This document shows, in pieces, positions 53,350-64,000 of a stretch of DNA of 64,000 nt (position 1 is its first letter; each line of letters starts with the position of its first letter). The notes under the pieces were generated by a model that saw only the letters and a program-made list of their open reading frames with translations, was not told where the DNA came from and did no database searches. A program made the position numbers and the translations under genes. Origin of the DNA: Octopus sinensis. Taxonomy: Eukaryota. The stretch is from positions 44,516,001-44,580,000 of the forward strand of contig NC_043007.1 in the NCBI RefSeq assembly GCF_006345805.1, written 5' to 3'.

Positions 53350-54142
53350 TCAAATTCTGATGAAGTCAACATTGCCTTTCATCCTTTTGGGGTTGATAAA
53401 TTAAGTCCCAGTTGTGCACTGAGGTCGATCAAATCGACTGTCCTCCTCCCCCAAAATTTTGGGCCTTGTGCCTAGAGTAGAAAAGATTCTTTTAAGGCAG
53501 CAAGCTGGCAGAAACAGCACACCGGGTGAAATGCTTAGTGGTATTTCATCTGTCTTCCCGTTCTAAGTTCAAATACCCGAGAGGTCAACTTTGCCTTACA
53601 TCCTTTTGAGGTCGTTTAATTAAGTACCAGTTGTGTACTGGGATCAATCTAATTGACTAGCCCCCTCCCCCAAAATTTCGGGCTTTGTGCCTAGAATAGA
53701 ATGAGAGAATCACTATGTAATCATACAATATTGTGCAGGCATGGCTGTGTGGTAAAAAGTTTGCTTCCCAATTAAATGGTACTGAGTTCAGTCCCACAGC
53801 ATGGCACCTTGGACTAGTGTCTCCTGCTATAGCCTCAGGTCAACCAAAGCCTTGTAAGAGGATTTGGTGGATGGAAACTGAAAGAAATCTGTCATATATA
53901 TATACATATGTATATGTATATGTGGATATATATATATATATATATCTGTGTGTGTGTACCTTTGTGTCTATATTTGCCCCACCACTGGTTGACAACTGGT
54001 GTTGGAGTGTTTACATCCCTGCAACTTATTTAATAGAATAAATACCAGGCTTAAAAAAAAAGAAGAAAAGAAATTTGACTAAAATACTTCAATGCAGTGC
54101 CCCAGCATGGTCACAGTCTAATGAGTGTAATGAGTAAAAGGT
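53350..54142 (+). mobile_element. SINE cluster: two tandem family A copies then a family C copy
   Basis: A core and tail 53350-53490, full A 53494-53702, C 53735-54142. Confidence 0.8.
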
Positions 54143-55260
54143 AAAAAAATTAGCATTTAAAAAAAAAAATGGATAGAGATTAATCTTTCCATTTCCATAT
54201 TTCTGTTGAAATACACTACTTTCATTTCAGTTAATTTTGGAAATAAAAATTTAGTAAAAACTTAATTTTATCATAATTCAGATGGTGTATGGAACATAAA
54301 TTAGTATAAAATTTTGATGGAAAGTTTTTATTTAGATCACTTTAACCCTCTTGTTCCAAAATATTTGTTGAAATACACTACTTTCATTTCAATTAATTAT
54401 GAAAATAGAGTACTGCAGTTCAATGCACTGGACCCTATAATATTTATTTATTGACAGCAAGCCACATCATACATATATTTGAATTGGGCCCTTGACCCAT
54501 GAGACTCCTGAGGCAACTGCCCTGTGTGCCTATAACTTAAGACAGCACTGCAACAGACACTATGGGTATTTTTGCCAGAGTCCACTCTTTTGAAAGTATT
54601 CAGACCAGCTTTTTCAAGTTTGAGTATACCTCCCTCCTTTCCACCAATCTTGGAGCTTTGTAAAGGGTCACAGGCTCTATTTTTTCCCTCCTGACTAAAA
54701 GATGAAGATAAAAGACCAAGAAAACAAAAATGCCATTTATTTTGTCAGTGTCATATTCATGATCTGCTCTTGTTATAAAAAGTTTGAAATTCTTCACCAA
54801 TCAACAAAAACTTTTCAAGGATCCAACTAACCCCTTTTTGTGGGAGCTTGGTGAAAAGGCAGTTTCTTCATACCCACTTCTTATTTCTCTCTGATATGCA
54901 CCCTTATGTTTTGCTATATTTTCTCATTATAAAGATGAAAAGAGTTGTAGCTTTGTTCAAATGCCCCTTGACACTTGATTCTAAGTCTTCTCTTACACTA
55001 CAATAACATTCCTTTCTGTCATATGTATGCATAATTTTACATATACTCTATTATCATCATAATGTGCTTTCCCACATTATTATAAACTTCTTTTCATTCA
55101 TACATACACACACTGATAAAACTGTGATCTTACACGCATACATAAACGTTCATATAACCTCAAACACAGACTTACACAGATGCACACACATGCACATGCT
55201 CACACATACACATGCACATGCTCACACACACATGCACACGATAATACACACACACACACA

Positions 55261-55321
<61 letters not shown>

Positions 55322-55654
55322 TGCACACTCCTGTCAAGCTGTTGTTTAACCATTTATTCATAGCTAAATTTTGGTGAATATTTAAATTGTAACAAAGTTT
55401 TATTGTTTCCTTAACTCATTTCATTCCAATGTTTACAATTGTAGACCTTGCATATAATTTAGTACAGAACAGGTTATTGCGAACCGATAGGCTTAAATTG
55501 TGTGATACACACATATATAAGGCTTTTCAATTTGCCTTTGGCAGAAAATCAGATTATTGTGCTCATTTAAATAATCTTTGTTTGTTTGCAAACTTCCGAA
55601 AAAGAAAATCACAAAAACATTAAAAGTATTTTTTTTGTTGCAAAACTATTTTAC

Positions 55655-56232
55655 ATTGCGAGAGAGAAGACTGCTGGTACAGTCATGTAATGCATATGAA
55701 TGAAGACAGCTGCACCAAGAAATGCCGATCTCTAATTGTAGAGGTAATATGTGGAAGGGGTATACTCAGGAAGGTGGGGGACAAAGTGGTGAGAAAGGAT
55801 CTACAAATGTTGGAACTCACAGAGGGGATCACAGGGGATTGAGACTTCTGGCAGTTTGCTGTGGTTGAGAGGAAATGTTAAGCTAAATAAACGTGTGAGT
55901 GTCCTTGCATACAGGATTGTCCCCTGCATTCCTCTCCAGTAAAGCATTCCTAACCTCTCAGGCTCGTGAGTGCTGGTACCAAGTAAAATGCACCCGTACT
56001 AGTGTCATATAAACACACCTGTACTGGTGTCCTGTAAACACACCCATGCTAGTGCTGTGTATAAGCACCCTGTACCCTCTGTAAAGTGGTTGGCATTAGG
56101 AAGGGCATCCAGCTGTAGAACCTGTGCCAAAACAAACATGAAGCCTAGGCAGTTCTTCAGCTGGTCAGCTCTTGTCAGACTACCCAACCCAAGCCAGCAT
56201 GGAAAATGGATGTTAAATGATGATGATGATGT
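55655..56232 (+). mobile_element. Old RTE 3' fragment
   Basis: Decayed ERRL.WYSHVMHMNEDSC...CGRG, RTE tail motif and (GAT)n. Confidence 0.75.
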
Positions 56233-57395
56233 ATTTTTCTTATGTGGTGGAGTAAAAGCAATAGATTTGTTTAGAGTTATAGCATACACTTTGTTGTAAT
56301 TGTCCTATTTTTGATCCTGCATCATCCCATTGTCTACAAATGTAGACCCTTTGATAAAACAGGGTCCCTTTAATACAATGAAGCTGAATTTTCACCATGT
56401 CTAAGTTTGATAAAAACTTAGATATTGATAGATTCTTTCAGCCCTTGGGATAATAAGAGTTAATCAAACACTGAACTACATTTTACTGCACACAATACAT
56501 TATACAATACATCTTGCATAACTTTAATATATAAAGGAATTTTAAGGTAGACATCTCTGAAAATGTTTTATTCACATAAAGAAATGTCGAAATCTACCCC
56601 CGCAAGCAAAGAATTTTAAAGAAGTTGATCTTTTATCTAAAAAGCATTTATAAAAGTCAGTTAAATTTTTTCCTTTGTACATGTCTCTTAAGATGCCATT
56701 TGACTGTAGGTCAATAATTATCATTTGAAGTTCTGACATAAATTCCTTAATGATACAGTAAAATGAATTTTAAAAGACTTTTATAATGTTTTGCATTTTC
56801 CTGAAAATCATTTGAAAAATACTGCTGAAACTGTTTGGAATTATTATTCCAAACTAGTGTGAATGTCTTGAGTGAATCTGAAATAAAACATGGAAGATTT
56901 GAATTTTTATTGTAGGCAAAGTAATTGTAGACATTTAATGTTATTTGGAGATGAAAAAAATGATAATTTATGTCAAAAAGTTTCACTATAGAATCATCAC
57001 TACCCCCACCCCCACCAACACCACCACCACCATCGCCACCAAACATCACCGCTGCTGCTACTATCATTGTTACCACTGTTGCTGCTGTCATCATTGTCTT
57101 CATCATCCTTATCCTCATTTACTATCTGTTTTCCATGCTGGCATGGGTTGGATGGTTTGACTGTCACTGATGAGTCAGAGGACTGCAGGGGGCTCCAACG
57201 TCTGCTTTGACATGGTTTCTACAAGAGGATGCCCTTCATAATCCTACCTACTTTACTGGGTGCTATTTTTCATGCCACCAGCACTAGTGAAGTTTTCAAG
57301 TAACTTGTAAGACAAGAAAAGGAAAGGTAAAAGCCCCCTTGACAGAGTGGGCATGTATTTGAGAGAACAGGTGTTGAGAGGTTAAACTAGTCATA

Positions 57396-57800
57396 GGAGT
57401 GGCTGTGTAGTAAGTGGCTTGCTTATGAACCACATGGTTTCAGGTTCAGTCCCACTGCATGGCACCTTAAGCAAGTGTCTTCTACTGTAGCTTCGGGCCG
57501 ACCAAAGCCTTGTGAGTGGATTTGGTAGACAGAAACTGAAGGAAGCCCGTTGTATATATGTATATATATATATATGCATGCATGTGTGCATATATGTTTG
57601 TGTGTCTGTGTTTGTCCCCCCAACATCGCTTGACAACCGATGCTGGTGTGTTTATGTCCCCATAACTTAGCGGTTCAGCAAAAGAGACTAATAGAATAAG
57701 TACTAGGCTTACAAAGAATAAGTCCTGGTGTCGATTTGCTCGACTAAAGGCAGTGCTCCAGCATGGCCACAGCCAAATGACTGAAACAAGTAAAAGAGTA
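57396..57800 (+). mobile_element. Full-length family C tRNA-derived SINE with internal microsatellite
   Basis: tggctgtgtagt A-box-like, ggttcagtccc B-box-like, internal (TA)/(TG) run, tail ccagcatggccacag...tgactgaaacaagtaaaaga; about ten related pieces in the window. Confidence 0.85.
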
Positions 57801-58259
57801 TGATAGAGGGAGAAGCACAAGTTTCTTGTAATAGAGGAGATACATGGATACTCCAAATTATATAAGGGTGGGTGGAAGTGGCTAAAAAGAAGATTGAGAT
57901 GCAATACATATATTGCATGTAAGTTCAGAATTGCCTTGTAATCAAAGATTAATGATGCATTATTTATGATGCATCATTAAGTCATGTGAGAAGGCTAATT
58001 TCCTCAACCATACACTCTTTCCATGGTAGCAGCTGAATGCTGCTTATTATCCTTAATATTTTGTTGTTTCTTCAGTTACAGAATATTTTATTCTCCAATG
58101 TGACATGTAGAATCAATTTTTCATTTTTCTTTTGTAGCTTTTTTTTTCATATACACATAAGTATGTGTGTACGTACACACACACAGACACACACCATCAC
58201 CATCCATCCATCTATCCATCCATCCATCCATCCATTTATCCATCCATCCATAAATATAT

Positions 58260-58790
58260 AGTATGAAATACTACCTACCACTGAGGCACAATATAGATGT
58301 AAAGACTGTTTACAATGCTATCTGCAGGAAGGTCTGCCCTGACATATACATGAAAGGCATGGCAGAATTAGCTGGTATTCATACATTTAAGAACAAAGAA
58401 TACTGGTGGAACACCCCAATAAAAACATTAACTCGGTGCAAACATAGCAGATGTGATATTGCTCTTTGAGACAGGGAACAAAAGTCATGCACTGTTGTAA
58501 AGGTCAGCTGGTCAGTGGATGTGAATGTACAATCAAAAGTTCAAGAAAAAGAGAAGATTTATGGTGAATTAATGTGGAACATACAGTTATTGAACCCTGA
58601 CTATGAATTCATACTTGTACCTATCATCATAGGTGCATTAGGTTATGTACCTACAAATCTGCAAAAAACCCAGAAATACTTGGTTTCACGAAAAAAGGAT
58701 GAAAGAAACTGACATGGATTCTCCAAATCCAATCTATTTGTGGGATAGTAAAATTTTATAAGACATTTGAAAAATTCTCCATCTGAGATT
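58260..58790 (+). pseudogene. RLE-type (R4/NeSL-like) LINE endonuclease remnant
   Basis: YLPLRHN...YWWNTPIKT...CKHSRCDIAL...EKEKIYGEL...VPIIIGALGYVP; partial related piece at 59059-59150. Confidence 0.7.
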
Positions 58791-59280
58791 CTTATGTGAA
58801 CAGATGCACACACTTGAGTGTATACATTGACAGTTCAACCAATACATTAACTCTCTTAACTCAAAAAGTCTTGTTGCTTTGTTAGTGACTGGCTTGAACT
58901 CTCTCACAAAGAACTTTAATAAAATTAAAGGAAAATCATATGTACATACATGCAAACACCCACACACATATATATGTACAAACGTACATATATACATATC
59001 TTCATCCCTCCATCCATCTCTCTCTCCATCTATACATACTTACATCACAAGAAATTTTGGTGGAGTATTCCCATCAAACTTCAACCAAGTGCAAGCAAAA
59101 TGGACCTGACATTGTTATTTAGGACAGAAATATAAAGTCATGCACTGCAGATATGAACATTATCTTTCAAATCCAGTGAGAAGCAGAATATCTTTCTTTT
59201 ATTTGTTGCAGTCATTAGACTGCAGCCATGCTGGGCTACTGCCTTTAAGTGTTTATTGTACAAATTGACCACAATGCTAT

Positions 59281-59330
<50 letters not shown>

Positions 59331-59349
59331 TTTCTGCATGTTTAAAGTA

Positions 59350-60995
59350 ACAGTTTTAGAAAAAAACCTTTGGTTTCACATCTAGCATGAAGTAGACATA
59401 TCTTCAGTTTCTCTAAATGATAACTGTTCTCTGCAAAGTATGTCAGTGATAGTTGACGAAATATTCCCCTGAAAAAATTATGATTGGGCGAGTTGTCTTC
59501 CTTCACTTGATAGCTAGGTTTTCTAATCTTGAAGTAAAAATTTCTGAAAATGTGGCTTCTGTCTTGGAGTTCAGGTAGCCTCCTGGCTAACGTGAGTTCA
59601 TAAGGAATATGCATTTTTCTGCCACACACAATTTACATAGTCTTGTTCCATTGCAATAGGGTCCACCAGTTTCTAGTAATTTCCACCTGACGCTAAAGGG
59701 TGTGTAATCATTCTTTAGGTGCCATACATGTGCTGTGAGTGTCATTGTGTTGCATCTCTCCGGGACCCTGAAAGAAGATCTGTGGTTGTTCAGGTGAATT
59801 TTAAATTTAGATTCACAAGATCCAACATAAATTTTAGTGTGTGTCCCTGTGTTGGCATTGATGTTACTGATATTTTGATGTTACATTGGCCATCCACTGG
59901 TTTAGGAGTGCTAAGTAATTTTTTCTTAACATTGGGTGCACAACTGAAAGAGATCTTTAAATTATGTCTTTTAAAGATCTTTCTATATTTGTGTGATCAT
60001 GTGAAATGCTTATCAACCAACCTAAGAAAATTGGTCAAACTAAAGTGTTTGACCTGTGCAATAGGTGTTCAACAGCATATAGTAAACGAATATGAAAAAA
60101 AAATGCGCGCTGGTGAACGGGGGAGCAGGGGAGAGGACTCGGAAAATTCACATCAGCAATGTTCCGAGTCCTCTCACTACTTTCCTATCTGCCGGCGAAA
60201 CATTTTTCTTCATATTTGTATACTACACATTATTTTACATCTAGTACACTATTTGTTTTTCAGTTTTTATGATGGGGTGGTGGTGGCTGGGTGGGGTGAG
60301 GACTCGGATAATTCACACAATCGAGTAACCCCACTTTGACACCTGGTCACAAAAAGGAAAAAAAACCAACAAAAGTGTAATAGGTGTAAAACAACATGTA
60401 GTAAATGAATATGAAAAAAATGTACACTGGAAAACGGTGGGGGTGGGGAGAGGACTCGGAATATTCAGACCTTGATCTTTAAACTCCAGTGTTTGACCCA
60501 AATTTCTGGATTGTGTGAATTATTTGAGTCTGCACCCCCACCCACCTCCTGTAAAAAAAACTGTAAAACAAATAGTGTACTAGATGTACAATAATGTGTA
60601 GCAAACAAATATGAAGAAAAAAAGATTTCACCGACGAACGGGGAAGTGATGAGAGGACTTTGAACATTCCCGATGTGAATTTTCCGAGTCCTCTTCCCTG
60701 CCCCCATTCGCCAATATGCATTATTTTTTCATATTCGTTTACTACATGTTGTTGTACACCTATTGCACTATTTTTTGTTTTTTTTTGCTCGGGTCAAACA
60801 CTTTAGCTTGACTGAAAAATCTTATCTATGCATGTCCAGACGTTTAGGGAGAAGGGGGAAGCAAACCATATGGTTTTGCAGTGGTGTTTCCTTTTATGGT
60901 TGCTCGATTGTGGTATATATATTATATGGTCCTTGAACCTGCTGGCCGCTAGCACCTCATTGTAAGTGGGGGCTGCTGCGTCGAAAATATCTTTA
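59350..60995 (-). pseudogene. Penelope-like remnant (RT C-terminus, linker, GIY-YIG) split by a MITE
   Basis: IFDAAAPTYNEVL...IWFASPFSLNV..IDKIF|LRLVDKHF..HKYRKIFKRHNLKISFSC...YVGSCESKFKIHLNNHRSSF...CKLCVAEK. Confidence 0.85.
60033..60813. mobile_element. Foldback-type MITE with nested inverted subrepeats
   Basis: TIRs ggtcaaactaaagtgtttgacc / ggtcaaacactttagcttgact; 7-bp near-TSD gaaaatt / gaaaaat; repeated gaggactcgga.aattcaca and aataggtgt...gaatatgaaaaaaa modules. Confidence 0.8.
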
Positions 60996-61017
60996 TATAT
61001 ATATATACAATATATAT

Positions 61018-61090
<73 letters not shown>

Positions 61091-61092
61091 TA

Positions 61093-61125
<33 letters not shown>

Positions 61126-61130
<5 letters not shown>

Positions 61131-61606
61131 TAGTTATTGCCATACTAATATGGCATTCTTAAAAATAAGAATAAAGCTGTCGCTGATTAGCTACATGAAG
61201 CCATTGCCTCAAGCTAGCTACTTGACACACAAACTGCGTCCGTTATTAAACCTTCGAACAGGGGAGGTCAGCCGCTTCAACCTGCTAGTCCGACAGCTAC
61301 AGACATGTTTCAGTGTTGTTGCCCCTTCTCAATGCAGCGTAGTCAGACCTGCAGGTGTTGCTACTGAAACATGTCTGTAGCTGTCGGACTAGCAGGTTGA
61401 AGCGGCTGACCTCCCCTGTTCGAAGGTTTAATAACGAACGCAGTTTGTGTGTCAAGTAGCTAGCTTGAGGCGATGGCTTCATGGAGCTAATCAGCGACAG
61501 CTTTATTCTTATTTTTAAGAATGCCATATTAGTATGGCGATAACTATTAATTTCCAGAAACGCTGTCGTAATCTCTTTTAAAGAGACTTAGTAATTTTAA
61601 TATTTC

Positions 61607-61610
<4 letters not shown>
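61126..61610. mobile_element. Palindromic hammerhead-bearing element between two (TA)n tracts
   Basis: About 190-bp arms 61126-61314 / 61363-61551 with few mismatches; hammerhead spans the left arm and spacer. Confidence 0.9.
61296..61338 (-). ncRNA. Type-I hammerhead ribozyme, U3-A8 variant
   Basis: gctgca-TTGAGAA-gggg caacaa cact-GAAA-catg-TC-tgtagc: 6-bp stem I, palindromic stem III, GUC triplet; one mismatch in stem II. Confidence 0.7.
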
Positions 61611-61677
<67 letters not shown>

Positions 61678-61681
<4 letters not shown>

Positions 61682-63686
61682 AGGCCAAGCTTTATAAATC
61701 AATGTTGGGACTGCCTATTTTCGATCTTTTAACTGAAGGAAGAAAATTCGCTGATTGATTAAACATGTGTATTTATTAAAATATATACACATGCAAATAC
61801 ACGAATAAAAGCATTATAAAGAATGTCATTGAATGAAAACTTTGTTGAGTGTTGTTTGCTTCGCTGGACACTTTGTTCATAACTCTACATTCATTTTTCC
61901 CTTAAGAGTTCTAAAAAGATTCATGTCACTAAAATCAAAGCTTTCAAGGCCACTTTCTAATTGAGTGAGACAGTGTCTCATTTCAGCTGGTGCTGGAGGC
62001 TCTGGAACTCTTCCATCAACATCATTGTTGGAATTGCCATCTTCCTTTTCTTTGGTTTCCTTCTCAAATTGCCGAATGTCATGAATGATCTTGTCAAGAT
62101 TTTCTTCTTCCGTGATGATCTCTGGAGCAACAACAGCACCATCATCTATGGACAACCAGTTCTCAAATTGCTTTTTGGTCAATCCAGCAGGTGGTGAAGA
62201 CAGGATCAAATTTTCATTAACATCTATGGCTTCATTTGATTCTTCGGCTGAAACAAAACCAGCTTTAGCCCAACAATGTTTGTCTGGCTAGAGACCTTCT
62301 TCCAAGCTACATTTAACATATACATAGCATCCAAAATGGTGATCTGCTTTGCAACTTCTTGGACAAAATATCACATTCAGTGTCATTCATAACATCAACG
62401 ATCTTCTTGAATATTTCATGTCTGAAGTAGGCTTTCAAGATCGTGATTATCCCCATGTCACAGGGCTGCAGCACTGACATTATGTTGGGACAAAGAAATT
62501 TTAAAGTGATGTTCTTGAGATCATCGATGACTACATGAGAAGAGCAATTGCTAAGTAGGGCCACCACTTGTCTTTCAGATTTCTGCAAATGACCATCCCA
62601 AGATCTGAGCCATCTTTCATAGATTTTTTTCTGTCATCTGAGCATTGGTTGAAAAGTCATACTGAATCTGATGCATTTTCACATTTTTGAAACATCTTGG
62701 TGAACCAGTCTTTTCGATTAAGAGCAAGTCTTCTTTGTCTCCATTCATGTTGCAGGCCACCATCAAGGTCACATGGTCCTTTACCATCTTAAAGCCCCTC
62801 ACAGTTTTCTTGCAACTCTCATTGACATATATATTCCCTGGTAATGCACTAAAGTAGATCCCAGTTTCATTGGCATTGTAGATATCCTGTGGCTAACACG
62901 ATTTCAACAGAAGCTGCATGGTCGTCTCATGAAATTGATGGGCTCTGTCAATGCCAGCTTCAGCAGCATCACCTGCAATGTTCAGTCTCAACAGAGAAAA
63001 ATATGAACTAGTGAACTACAAAGCATACCTTTTAGAACTGTAAAAGAAATTCCATATCTTTTTTGCCAATGGTAAAACCAGCCTTTGGATGCCTTAAAGT
63101 CATGTCCTACAGCTTGAGCAATGGTGTTGGCTTTGTGCATTAGGATTGGGCTGTTGATGAGAATATTTCTCGAGTGAATAAATTGAAACCAATCATAGAG
63201 AGTATGGTCTAGCTGTTGGTGCTTTCTCTTTGATGAACAGCCATCATGTTCTTTGGCATGAAGGCCATCCTCATTCTTTAACGAATTCTGGAGCAGACCT
63301 CTTGAAATTCCCAAACTCTGTGCTGCATTCCACTGAGTTGTTTTCCCAAGAGCTTTGTAATGTTTTAACAATTAAATCTTTTCTGCCATGGATTTGTCCT
63401 GCCTCTCTCTTTTCATTTTGAACATTTTGAACAACTTGCGTGTGTGCGTGTCTGCCTCTCTGTGCAAATGATGAATGATGCATTTTTTTCGCCTACCTGT
63501 TAGTATTTAAGAGGGAAAAAAACCCACTTCATTCATTCACTGCCACTTGTTGACACTTTAGGAAGAAGCAGCAACAACTGGATTTTAGCGATGGTTTGGA
63601 TTTATTAAATGAGAGTTTTTATGTGTAAAAATTCCATCCCAACCTATTTTGGATACCCAGGTGGATTTATAAAGCAGGATCTACTG
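61678..63686 (-). mobile_element. Full-length decayed Tigger/pogo DNA transposon
   Basis: TA-flanked 23-bp TIRs caataggccaagctttataaatc / gatttataaagcaggatctactg; CENP-B-type HTH (FKASKGWFYHWQKRYGI) and DDE motifs (IYNANETG, LLSNCSSH, LQPCDMGII) in broken frames. Confidence 0.9.
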
Positions 63687-63713
63687 TACATATATATATA
63701 TATGTATATATGT

Positions 63714-64000
63714 GGAGTTGCAATGTCCCAGTGGTTAGGGCAGTGGACTCGTGGTCATAGGATCGCAGTTTCAATTCCCAGACCGGGCGTTGTGAGTGTA
63801 TATTGAGCAAAAACACCTAAAGCTCCATGATGCTCCGGCAGGTGGTGGTGGCGATCCCTGCTGTATTCTTTCGCCGCAACTCTCTCTCACTCTTCCTTCT
63901 GTAGGTCTGCTTGCTTAGCCAGTAGGGTGGTGTCATTTAAAGGTAAAAACGATGCGAAGCACATTGTGACCAGCGATGTGTAGCAACATCTGATAGCCTG
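63714..64000 (+). mobile_element. tRNA-derived SINE (distinct family), runs off the window
   Basis: tgtcccagtggttagg A-box-like, gtttcaattccc B-box-like, ttgagcaaaaacacct block. Confidence 0.65.

Noticed and set aside
54560-54900. Coding-like unique stretch on the minus strand
   Set aside because: Stops in all frames and no motif I could assign; possibly an old transposon relic. Needs tblastx.
56747-56890. Possible minus-strand host exon after ttttatttcag
   Set aside because: Only an acceptor-like motif and a short AT-rich open frame; no recognisable domain or partner exon. RNA-seq would decide.
59719-60339. 206-aa plus-strand ORF
   Set aside because: Antisense to the Penelope remnant and runs into the MITE; a chance open frame.
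61150-61527. Two near-identical 76-aa ORFs on opposite strands
   Set aside because: By-product of the palindrome; no recognisable protein motif.

Overview
This is eukaryotic, AT-rich, microsatellite-dense DNA, not prokaryotic. The repeat repertoire (tRNA-derived SINEs with internal (TA)n/(CA)n, RTE LINEs with (GAT)n tails, Penelope-like and R4/Dong-like remnants) suggests an intergenic or intronic region of an octopus genome; that assignment is inference from recalled repeat families, not a database result. I found no host protein-coding gene, rRNA, true tRNA gene or CRISPR array, and most ORFs in the track are microsatellite translations. Recognisable coding content is all transposon-derived: a young 5'-truncated RTE LINE (one premature stop, PHD-type finger next to the RT core), an older near-full-length copy of the same family, CR1-like, Tx1/L1-like, R4/Dong-like and Penelope remnants, a full-length decayed Tigger/pogo, mariner and maT relics, hAT- and MULE-like MITEs and a non-autonomous Helitron. 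The most interesting signal not visible in the ORF track is about ten minimal type-I hammerhead-ribozyme motifs of the Penelope type, several with a compensatory U3-A8 core. They lie in short non-coding units in or beside (TA)n tracts, and these units repeatedly form long palindromes. Other points of note: a SINE tail matching the adjacent Tx1-like LINE tail, a twin-priming-type inversion in an RTE element, and several resolvable nested insertions. All alignments were done by eye; boundaries of decayed repeats are approximate.
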